From: Vibrio cholerae ATCC 14035
GTDB lineage: Bacteria > Pseudomonadota > Gammaproteobacteria > Enterobacterales > Vibrionaceae
Direction of reading: 5' to 3'
DNA length: 32,000 nucleotides
Assembly (NCBI RefSeq): GCF_000621645.1
Contig: NZ_JHXR01000001.1
Span: forward strand, 120,001-152,000
Both the position numbers and the translations under genes were made by a program. The notes beneath the pieces are model-generated. The model was given only the letters and a program-made list of their open reading frames with translations. It ran no database searches and was not told the DNA's origin. Below, one piece after another: positions 9,686-16,996 of the stretch; positions within the stretch are counted from its first letter, which is position 1, and each line of letters starts with the position of its first letter.

Positions 9686-9936
9686 TGCTCGATTCTCCGT
9701 TGAGTGTAAAGAGTGGATTCTCTTTATGTCATTGCTTCCAGTGTATTATTTTCTTCGTCGTTACGACTGACTTGCCAAGTATTTTAGCAACTTTTTACTT
9801 TATTAAAAGCCTGAAGGCAGAAAAAGATCCAGCAACGCCAAGTCGAGCGTATATCCATATTGAGAATATGCTTTTTATTCTCGGTTATTCCTTTAGAATG
9901 TGCCCATATTTGATGACATCCATTAACGAGGAAGCG

Positions 9937-10269
9937 ATGGAAACTATTGACAAAATCAAACAGCAAATCGCCGAGAACCCGATTCTGCTTTATATGAAAG
10001 GCTCACCGAAACTGCCAAGCTGTGGTTTCTCTTCGCAAGCCGCACAAGCTCTGATGGCTTGTGGTGAGAAGTTTGCTTATGTAGATATCCTACAAAACCC
10101 AGACATCCGTGCAGAGTTGCCGGTTTACGCGCAGTGGCCAACGTTTCCACAACTGTGGATTGAAGGCGAGCTGATTGGCGGTTGTGACATCATGCTGGAA
10201 ATGTTCCAAAAGGGTGAACTGCAAACTCTGGTAAAAGAAGCGGCTGCTCGCTCAGCAAGCCAAGAGTAA
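9937..10269 (+). CDS. grxD: Monothiol glutaredoxin Grx4/GrxD
   Basis: 110 aa starting at 'METIDKIKQQI' with the CGFS active site ('PSCGFSSQ') and a 'WPTFPQLW' motif. GAGGAAG lies upstream of ATG 9937. The track's 246-aa ORF (9529..) is an artefactual 5' extension running antisense into sodB. Confidence 0.92.
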   Translation: METIDKIKQQIAENPILLYMKGSPKLPSCGFSSQAAQALMACGEKFAYVDILQNPDIRAELPVYAQWPTFPQLWIEGELIGGCDIMLEMFQKGELQTLVKEAAARSASQE

Positions 10270-10303
10270 TACTGGTTAAATTTACAGTTTTCCTTGATTT
10301 CAT

Positions 10304-10336
10304 AAGGCCACATTGAGTAATGTGGCCTTAATTTTA
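10304..10336 (+). terminator. Rho-independent terminator after grxD
   Basis: A 10-bp stem AAGGCCACAT / ATGTGGCCTT with loop TGAGTA is followed by AATTTTA. Confidence 0.7.
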
Positions 10337-10353
10337 TCTCGTCAGCGATTTCC

Positions 10354-12297
10354 ATGACCCGGTTATTTATTGCAGAAAAACCTAGCCTTGCGCGAGCGAT
10401 TGCCGATGCACTACCCAAGCCTCATAAAAAAGAACAAGGGTGTATTCGCTGCGCTAATGGCGATATCGTGACTTGGTGCATTGGTCACCTTCTCGAACAA
10501 GTCGAGCCAGACGCTTATGATGAGCGATACAAAAAGTGGAATATGGCGGATTTGCCTATCATTCCAGAGCAGTGGCAACTGCGCCCAAGAAAATCCTCCT
10601 CTCAACAGCTCACCGTCGTTCGTAAGCTACTCAAAGAAGCAACGCAGATTATCCATGCCGGTGACCCCGATCGCGAAGGGCAACTGTTGGTGGATGAGGT
10701 GATCGATTATTGCAAAGTGCCGAAGAGCAAAAAAGAAACCGTGCAGCGCCTTTTGATCAGTGATTTAAACCTTTCTGCAGTCAAGCGTGCCTTACAAGGC
10801 TTGCGCAGTAATCGAGAGTTTATTCCACTCTCTGTTTCGGCTTTAGCGCGTTCACGCGCTGACTGGCTGTATGGTATGAATATGTCTCGAGCTTATACCC
10901 TGCTTGGGAAAAAAGCCGGTTATCAAGGCGTGCTCTCCGTAGGGCGAGTACAGACGCCAGTACTGGGTTTAGTGGTGCGACGGGATGAAGAGATCGAACA
11001 TTTTATCCCGCATGATTATTTTACTCTTGATGCTTTAATTCCATACCAAAATGGCACCGAATACTTCGACATACGTGCCCGTTGGAAACCAAGTGAGGCC
11101 TGCTTACCTTGGCAAGATGAAGAAGGGCGGGTCACTAACCGTAAATTGGTGGACAATGTTGCCAGTCGCATTGCGAATCAGCCCGCGACTGTGACTGAAT
11201 CAGAGCAAGATCAAACCAAGCAAGCGGCCCCTTTGCCCTATTCACTTTCAGCGCTGCAAATTGATGCGGCAAAACGGTATAACTTCAGCGCACAACAAGT
11301 GTTGGATCTGTGCCAGTCTCTTTATGAAAAGCATAAATTGATCACTTATCCGCGATCTGATTGCCGATACTTACCGAAAGAGCATTTAGCTCAGGCTCCC
11401 GACGTGGTAGCGGCAATAGCCAACAATGCGCAAGAGATGGTCACCGCAGTGAATGATGCGGATTTATCACTACGCTCCAAAGCGTGGAATGACAGTAAAG
11501 TCGACGCGCACCACGCCATCATTCCAACGCCGAAGAAAGCGTCGGTTAATGCGCTGTCAGGGCATGAAATGAAAGTCTATCAACTGATTGCGCGTCAGTA
11601 CCTTATGCAATTTTATCCTGCGGCGATTTATGCAGAAGCCAAACTGGTTTTTAACATCGCTGGCGGCATTTTTATTGCCAAAGGGCGTCAACTGCTCAGT
11701 GCTGGATGGAAAGTGTTGACCGGTCAGCAAGATGAGCAAGAAGAGTGCGTGGATAAAGTCCCCCCTTTGCCTGTTGGCATTGTGCTGCAGTGTCGAGAAG
11801 GGGAAATAAAACAGAGACAAACCGAGCCGCCACGCCATTTTACGGAAGCTACATTACTGCAGGCGATGACGGGGATTGCCCGTTTCGTGGCCGATAAAGA
11901 GCTGAAAAAAATTCTGCGTGAGACGGATGGTTTAGGCACTGAAGCCACACGAGCTGGGATCTTGGATACCTTGTTTAAGCGTGGATTACTGCAGCGTGAT
12001 AACAAGCTCATTAAAAGCACGCCAGCTGGCCGAGGTTTGATTCATGCGTTACCCAGTGAAGCCACCTATCCCGATATGACGGCACATTGGGAACATCAAC
12101 TGCAAGCGATCGCGGAAAAGGGGCAAGCTTATCAACCCTTTATGCAGACACTACAAGGCCGCCTCGAGCAGTTAATTGAGCAAGTTCAGGTCGCACCGGT
12201 TCCTGTATCATTGCAAGCTTTGCCAGCGGTGAGTAAACCTGCCTTTAAGCGCACACGCCGTGCACCAAAGAGTAAAGCCAGAACGTATAAAGCTTAA
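10354..12297 (+). CDS. topB: DNA topoisomerase III
   Basis: 647 aa. The Toprim N-terminus '[17 protein letters not shown]', 'DPDREGQ' and the type IA active-site region '[12 protein letters not shown]' (catalytic Tyr) are present. Confidence 0.95.
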   Translation: MTRLFIAEKPSLARAIADALPKPHKKEQGCIRCANGDIVTWCIGHLLEQVEPDAYDERYKKWNMADLPIIPEQWQLRPRKSSSQQLTVVRKLLKEATQIIHAGDPDREGQLLVDEVIDYCKVPKSKKETVQRLLISDLNLSAVKRALQGLRSNREFIPLSVSALARSRADWLYGMNMSRAYTLLGKKAGYQGVLSVGRVQTPVLGLVVRRDEEIEHFIPHDYFTLDALIPYQNGTEYFDIRARWKPSEACLPWQDEEGRVTNRKLVDNVASRIANQPATVTESEQDQTKQAAPLPYSLSALQIDAAKRYNFSAQQVLDLCQSLYEKHKLITYPRSDCRYLPKEHLAQAPDVVAAIANNAQEMVTAVNDADLSLRSKAWNDSKVDAHHAIIPTPKKASVNALSGHEMKVYQLIARQYLMQFYPAAIYAEAKLVFNIAGGIFIAKGRQLLSAGWKVLTGQQDEQEECVDKVPPLPVGIVLQCREGEIKQRQTEPPRHFTEATLLQAMTGIARFVADKELKKILRETDGLGTEATRAGILDTLFKRGLLQRDNKLIKSTPAGRGLIHALPSEATYPDMTAHWEHQLQAIAEKGQAYQPFMQTLQGRLEQLIEQVQVAPVPVSLQALPAVSKPAFKRTRRAPKSKARTYKA

Positions 12298-12317
12298 TAA
12301 ACCCAGAGCAGAGCAAA

Positions 12318-13238
12318 ATGATCCCACTGATTTACCATCCTATTTATTCACAACTGGATTTGCCTGTGGGGCATCGTTATCCGATCAATAAGTATCGCCT
12401 GCTTTACGAAGAGATTGTGCGTCAAAGAGAGCAAAGTGAAGCATGGCAAGCGAGCTTCGAGTTTCATACCCCCATTGCGGCCGAGCTTTCACGCATCACG
12501 CGATTGCATGACCCAGATTATGTGCAAGCTTTGCTCGAGGGGACGCTATCCGCGGCCAAGATGCGTCGAATCGGATTTCCTTGGAGCAAACCACTGATTG
12601 AGCGTACTTTGTACTCGGTGGGAGGAACCTGCCTCACGGTTGAGCAAGCGTTGCAATCAGGGGTGGCAATTCATCTCAGTGGGGGTTATCACCATGCTCA
12701 CGCCGATTTTGGTAGCGGTTTCTGTCTGTTCAATGATCTGGCGATAGCCGCGCACTTCGCACTCTCTTTGCCTAGTGTTGATAAAGTTCTGATCATTGAC
12801 AGTGATGTACATCATGGTGACGGCACGGCAACCTTGTGCGCGGAACGTGACGAGATCATTACGCTCTCTTTTCACTGTGATAAGAATTTTCCGGCGCGTA
12901 AGCCTGCTTCTAGTATGGATGTCGGATATGCTAACCAGACGGGCGATGAAGAGTTTTTGTCCACTTTCATCCAAGCGGTGGAAATGGCGGTCAATCTCCA
13001 TCGACCTGATCTGATCCTCTATGACGCCGGTGTGGATATTCATAACGATGATGAGCTAGGTTATTTATCCATTTCACAGGCCGCTATCGCGCAACGAGAT
13101 CGTTTTATGTTGGGTTTGGCAAAGCAGGAGAGCATTCCAATCGCTTGTGTCATAGGCGGTGGGTATCGCGAAGACCATACGGCACTCGTGCCATTGCATC
13201 TTGAGTTACTGAAAGCGGCGTTAAGCGCAGGGTATTGA
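12318..13238 (+). CDS. Histone deacetylase-family (arginase/deacetylase fold) Zn-dependent deacetylase, AcuC/AphA-like
   Basis: 306 aa with 'SGGYHHAHADFGSGFCLFND', the metal-ligand segment 'DSDVHHGDGT' and 'GGGY'. It starts 20 nt after the topB stop with no terminator between them. Confidence 0.88.
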   Translation: MIPLIYHPIYSQLDLPVGHRYPINKYRLLYEEIVRQREQSEAWQASFEFHTPIAAELSRITRLHDPDYVQALLEGTLSAAKMRRIGFPWSKPLIERTLYSVGGTCLTVEQALQSGVAIHLSGGYHHAHADFGSGFCLFNDLAIAAHFALSLPSVDKVLIIDSDVHHGDGTATLCAERDEIITLSFHCDKNFPARKPASSMDVGYANQTGDEEFLSTFIQAVEMAVNLHRPDLILYDAGVDIHNDDELGYLSISQAAIAQRDRFMLGLAKQESIPIACVIGGGYREDHTALVPLHLELLKAALSAGY

Positions 13239-13265
13239 AGCGAAATGATGGCCGTGCGTAAAAGC

Positions 13266-13295
13266 AAAAAGCCGCTGAATTATCAGCGGCTTTTC
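13266..13295. terminator. Bidirectional terminator (deacetylase gene on +, tRNA-Ser on -)
   Basis: Stem GCCGCTGA / TCAGCGGC with loop ATTA is flanked by an A-run (13266-13270) and a T-run (13291-13294). Confidence 0.8.
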
Positions 13296-13300
13296 TAATG

Positions 13301-13391
13301 TGGCGGAGAGATAGGGATTTGAACCCTAGGATAGCTATTAACCATCGCCGGTTTTCAAGACCGGTGCTTTCAACCACTCAGCCATCTCTCC
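13301..13391 (-). tRNA. tRNA-Ser (anticodon UGA), class II with a long variable arm and encoded CCA
   Basis: The reverse complement reads GGAGAGATGGCTGAGTGGTTGAAAGCACCGGTCTTGAAAACCGG...TAGGGTTCAAATCCCTATCTCTCCGCCA. The 7-bp acceptor stem, anticodon loop CTTGAAA and T-loop GGTTCAAATCC are intact. Confidence 0.95.
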
Positions 13392-13403
13392 GTTATGGGG
13401 CGC

Positions 13404-13432
13404 ATAATATCGACCCTAAGTTCGATTGTAAA
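13404..13432 (-). promoter_or_regulatory. Sigma70 promoter for tRNA-Ser with a GC-rich discriminator
   Basis: The minus strand reads TTTACA-N17-TATTAT, followed by GCGCCCC. The predicted start falls a few nt before the mature tRNA 5' end. Confidence 0.6.
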
Positions 13433-13510
13433 GCCCTGAAAATACTGTTTGCTTCAATTATGTACACTTGGCCGCTATTTTTATGACTAAGTGCTATTTT
13501 ACACATTAAA

Positions 13511-13548
13511 TAAAACGGAAAAGGGGAGTTTCTAAGAAACTCCCCTTT
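13511..13548 (-). terminator. Rho-independent terminator after tRNA-Pro
   Basis: A 13-bp perfect stem AAAGGGGAGTTTC / GAAACTCCCCTTT with a 3-nt loop has a minus-strand tail reading UUUUCCGUUUUA. Confidence 0.7.
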
Positions 13549-13555
13549 AGGTGTA

Positions 13556-13632
13556 TGGTCGGACTGAGAGGATTTGAACCTCCGACCCCCGACACCCCAT
13601 GACGGTGCGCTACCAAGCTGCGCTACAGTCCG
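13556..13632 (-). tRNA. proL: tRNA-Pro (anticodon GGG), CCA encoded
   Basis: The reverse complement reads CGGACTGTAGCGCAGCTTGGTAGCGCACCGTCATGGGGTGTCGGGGGTCGGAGGTTCAAATCCTCTCAGTCCGACCA. As I remember it, this is nearly identical to E. coli proL, and it sits downstream of yejM as in E. coli. Confidence 0.95.
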
Positions 13633-13640
13633 ATGCGCGT

Positions 13641-13669
13641 AATCTAATGACTTTTACTAGATGCGTCAA
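13641..13669 (-). promoter_or_regulatory. Sigma70 promoter for tRNA-Pro
   Basis: The minus strand reads TTGACG-N17-TAGATT, followed by ACGCGCAT and then the tRNA 5' end. It sits in the 63-nt gap after the yejM stop. Confidence 0.55.
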
Positions 13670-13695
13670 CCCTGAACCGACTTAAAATAATGAAT

Positions 13696-15498
13696 TTAAT
13701 TATCTTTTGCGTAAAAACGCTGCAATTCGGTCAAACCTTGCATTAATACAGGCAGTGTTGGGTTGGTTTCTTTAAGACGTTGGTAATCGCCATCGTAGAC
13801 TTTGAAATTACCAAACTTATCCAACACTGTAGTTTGTGTATCGGTAATCAAGGCGAGCTCACGAGCATCGCCCGCCAAAATCCATTTGCGCTTACTTTCG
13901 TTAAACAGATTTTTACCGCTGCTGTAGTCAACCGGATTAGAGGAAACACCGAGCAAATCTTGCATGAGTGTTACCGAGAAATCGAGATGACTAGAGCGAT
14001 GAGCATAGGTTCCTGCCACTTTGCCAGGCCAATGAATCACCATAGGGACTTGCAGTTGGTAGCGACTGTAGTTGGTGTTTGAACCCCAAGTATTGGTTTT
14101 GGTTTCATTAAACTCCGTGCCATGATTGGAGGTGATCACTACCACAGTGTTATCCATAAGTTTCAACGAGTTCAGTTGTTCAAGAACGGTGTTGATGACT
14201 TGGTCGGCTTGGGTCACGGACAGGTTGTATGCACTGCGTAAACGATCCTCCGCTGACTCTTGAGCACTGCTGAGTTCTGAAAACTCTTCTACGGTCGTCA
14301 GTTCTAAATAACTAAACCAAGGCTGTTTTTGACCGACATTTAGCCATTCTGCCCAGCGTTGTACCGCTTGTTCATCTGGGCTGCTCTCATCGTTCGTAAC
14401 AGCAATCGCCTCTATCGGTAAAGAGCGGAACATGGTTTCTTTATAGAGTGGGTCTGCAAAGTTGTTGCCGCTAAATAAGCCAAACTGATAGTCATTTTTC
14501 TTCATCACATCAATCAGTAGCGGCGCATTGCCTTGCACTCGCACACTGCTGGCGTAGGTACTCGGTAAGCCGTAAAACAGACCAAATAAGCCAAACATAT
14601 CGTTACTTGAACTGTAATGATTGGTGAAATTGAGATTCTCATTCGCAAACTGATAAGTATTGGGCATGAGTTCAGGGGTCAGGGCATCTGCACGCAAATT
14701 ATTGATGCTGACTATCAGCACGTTCAAATTATTGGCTCTACGACTGAACTCTAACGGTTCGAGTGGGTAAATCAGACCGTCAATATCACTATTCTGTTCG
14801 GCAAGGCGCTTGCTGTACTCTTCTTTATCGAGCAAGCCGTGCTTTTCCATAAAGGATTTTGCCGTCATTGGATAAGAGAGCGGGAAATTCGCTCGCTGAC
14901 TGGTGACCGGGGAATAGAGATATGCATCCGACCACACATAAATCAGATGGCTGGCGATGAAACTGAAGAAAAAGACGGCCGCTAGAGGTCGCCCGATGCG
15001 TTTGTGTGACAGTTTACGCTGCTTGCGCCAAACCCATTCTGATAAACCGAGCTCAAGGAGAAAGATGAGGGGCAGTACCACAAACAAATGCTGCAAATCC
15101 GCACTGACACTGCTGGTTTCATCGCTGAATAGCAGTTCCCACACCACAGGGTTGAGGTGCAGATTAATAATTTGGTAGGCCTGAGTATCAATCAGTAAAA
15201 CAGTGAGGCCTAACGTCGAGAAGCATACGGCCAAAAAGCGGAATAAGCTTCTCGATGGAATAATGAAAGTAAGTGGAAAAAGCACTAACAGGTAGAGTGC
15301 GAAAACCAAAAAGCCGAAATGTCCAACCCAAGACAGCGCAAGGTAGAGCTGCCCAAGCAAGGTTTCTGGCCAAGGTGATTGAGAGATATATCGTGTGCCA
15401 ATCAACATGGCAGCGATGATATTAAAGAAGGCAAACCAGTGCCCCCAACCTACTAAACGAGATACCCGATCGCCGTATGTATTTCCGCTATCTACCAT
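13696..15498 (-). CDS. yejM: Inner-membrane sulfatase-superfamily protein YejM/PbgA/LapC (LPS homeostasis)
   Basis: 600 aa. The N-terminus 'VSRLVGWGHWFAFFNI' and five TM segments align with my memory of E. coli YejM, including 'RANFPLSYPMTAKSFMEKHGLLD' against E. coli 'RANLPLSYPMTARRFLEKHGLLD'. A C-terminal periplasmic sulfatase-like domain follows. Confidence 0.92.
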   Translation of the reverse strand: MVDSGNTYGDRVSRLVGWGHWFAFFNIIAAMLIGTRYISQSPWPETLLGQLYLALSWVGHFGFLVFALYLLVLFPLTFIIPSRSLFRFLAVCFSTLGLTVLLIDTQAYQIINLHLNPVVWELLFSDETSSVSADLQHLFVVLPLIFLLELGLSEWVWRKQRKLSHKRIGRPLAAVFFFSFIASHLIYVWSDAYLYSPVTSQRANFPLSYPMTAKSFMEKHGLLDKEEYSKRLAEQNSDIDGLIYPLEPLEFSRRANNLNVLIVSINNLRADALTPELMPNTYQFANENLNFTNHYSSSNDMFGLFGLFYGLPSTYASSVRVQGNAPLLIDVMKKNDYQFGLFSGNNFADPLYKETMFRSLPIEAIAVTNDESSPDEQAVQRWAEWLNVGQKQPWFSYLELTTVEEFSELSSAQESAEDRLRSAYNLSVTQADQVINTVLEQLNSLKLMDNTVVVITSNHGTEFNETKTNTWGSNTNYSRYQLQVPMVIHWPGKVAGTYAHRSSHLDFSVTLMQDLLGVSSNPVDYSSGKNLFNESKRKWILAGDARELALITDTQTTVLDKFGNFKVYDGDYQRLKETNPTLPVLMQGLTELQRFYAKDN

Positions 15499-15532
15499 GT
15501 GCTTTTTCTATTTATGGGTTAAATGGGGCAAT

Positions 15533-15748
15533 TTAGCTTTGCAAAGACGACACTAATGCTTGCGCGAATTTTTCAGCAATCACTTTACGTTGTGCAGCAG
15601 CAACATTTTGATTGATGACATTCGTTGCGATGTTGCCAACCACCATTAAGGTGAGCTCTGGCGAAGCATTATGTTTATTTAGTACCGCAGCAATTTCAGT
15701 CAGAATGGATTCAACGTGTTCGTCACTGTATTTAGATGTAATAGGCAT
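15533..15748 (-). CDS. yejL: UPF0352 protein YejL
   Basis: 71-aa helical protein beginning '[23 protein letters not shown]', located 34 nt upstream of yejM as in enterobacteria. Confidence 0.85.
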   Translation of the reverse strand: MPITSKYSDEHVESILTEIAAVLNKHNASPELTLMVVGNIATNVINQNVAAAQRKVIAEKFAQALVSSLQS

Positions 15749-15832
15749 ATTGACTCTGATGATGATAGTAAAAGCGGCTTATGATAACCTACTATGCCTG
15801 ACAACTGAAACCAGAACGATGATTATTTCACT

Positions 15833-16834
15833 ATGAGCCTATTCCTTTCTAACGTGATTTTGCACCAACTCCGTAAAAATGATAACGATGAATTGGTGGT
15901 GAATTATCGCGCCGAATCTCTTCGCAATGATACGTCAACTGAAAACTTAGTCGCTGAGTTACATCGTGTTTTTAATGCAAAAGCCGGGAAAGGTTTCGGT
16001 TGCTTTAAGTCAGACAGTGAATTCCAGCTTTGGTTGCAAGAGATGCGTCGTGGAACCCTGCCATTCTATGAGTTTTCACAGCAAAGCGCTCAACGCCTAA
16101 AAAATGAGTTAGCCAAGTATCCTTTTGCTGATGAAGGGATCTTAGTGATGGCCGAATATCAATCTTTGGCGACGGATTATCTCTTTATTGGTCTACTGCC
16201 TCTCAATCAAAGTTTGAAAGTGACAGAAGGGCTCGACATCAGCGCTACCGACTATCTAGACATCAACAAAATGGATATCGTGGCGCGTATTGATCTTTCG
16301 AGCTATGAAACCGACAAAGAGTCCAAACGTTACCTGAGTTACATCAAAGGTCGTGTTGGTCGTAAAGTGGCAGACTTCTTTTTGGACTTTCTACAGGCGG
16401 ATATTGGCTTAGACACCAAACAGCAAAACCAAGTGTTGATGCAGGCGGTGGAAGACTTCTGTGCTGACGCGAAATTCGAAAAAGAGGAAGTGATCAGTTA
16501 CAAAAAGCAGGTGTATGAGTACTGTAACGATCAAATCAAAGCGGGTGATGAAGTCAGAGTGCAAGAGCTCTCCGGCGAGCTGCCTCCGAGTAATGAGGGC
16601 GTCAACTTCTTCGATTTCACTCGTGAACAAGGCTATCAGTTAGAAGAGAGTTTTCCTGCCGATCGTTCAACGGTTCGTAAGCTAACCAAATACGTAGGTG
16701 CGGGTGGCGGTTTAAACTTGAGTTTTGATAGTTTGTTGCTCGGCGAGCGAGTGTTTTACGATCCAGAAACCGATACGCTGACGATTAAAGGCACTCCACC
16801 TAATTTGCGTGATCAGTTAACTCGCCTACGTTAA
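15833..16834 (+). CDS. ndpA: Nucleoid-associated protein NdpA/YejK
   Basis: 333 aa with 'VILHQLRKNDN', 'FIGLLP' and 'YLSYIKGRVGRKV' family features. It is divergent from yejL, which is the conserved arrangement. Confidence 0.9.
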   Translation: MSLFLSNVILHQLRKNDNDELVVNYRAESLRNDTSTENLVAELHRVFNAKAGKGFGCFKSDSEFQLWLQEMRRGTLPFYEFSQQSAQRLKNELAKYPFADEGILVMAEYQSLATDYLFIGLLPLNQSLKVTEGLDISATDYLDINKMDIVARIDLSSYETDKESKRYLSYIKGRVGRKVADFFLDFLQADIGLDTKQQNQVLMQAVEDFCADAKFEKEEVISYKKQVYEYCNDQIKAGDEVRVQELSGELPPSNEGVNFFDFTREQGYQLEESFPADRSTVRKLTKYVGAGGGLNLSFDSLLLGERVFYDPETDTLTIKGTPPNLRDQLTRLR

Positions 16835-16886
16835 ACATCAGCCCGACGATCATGAGATAAGTAGGTAGGTTTCATTGAGTTCATTG

Positions 16887-16916
16887 AAAAAGAGAGCGAT
16901 CACGCTCTCTTTTTTG
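16887..16916 (+). terminator. Rho-independent terminator after ndpA
   Basis: Stem AGAGAGCG / CGCTCTCT with loop ATCA is followed by TTTTT. Confidence 0.8.
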
Positions 16917-16996
16917 TACGCAATTTATTGCGTGCACCATCAAGAGTCAAAATAGGGTATATGCTTGATCTGAAGTTCTAAACAGGATGGTTAGGC

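Noticed and set aside
9529-9936. The 5' part of the 246-aa ORF 9529..10269, which would extend grxD upstream across the intergenic region and antisense into sodB
   Set aside because: The extension has no protein-like features and overlaps the sodB start on the opposite strand. It also spans obvious promoter DNA. A well-placed ATG at 9937 with a GAGGAAG SD gives a normal-length 110-aa CGFS glutaredoxin.
9686-9936. Canonical Fur box in the sodB/grxD intergenic region
   Set aside because: Nothing approaches GATAATGATAATCATTATC. The only Fur-like hexamers (GAGAAT/ATTCTC) are 7 nt apart rather than in a 7-1-7 or 6-6-6 array.
13150-13486. ORFs 13150..13377 (-) and 13298..13486 (+) overlapping the tRNA-Ser locus
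   Set aside because: They run straight through a canonical tRNA gene, its promoter and a terminator hairpin, so they are artefacts.
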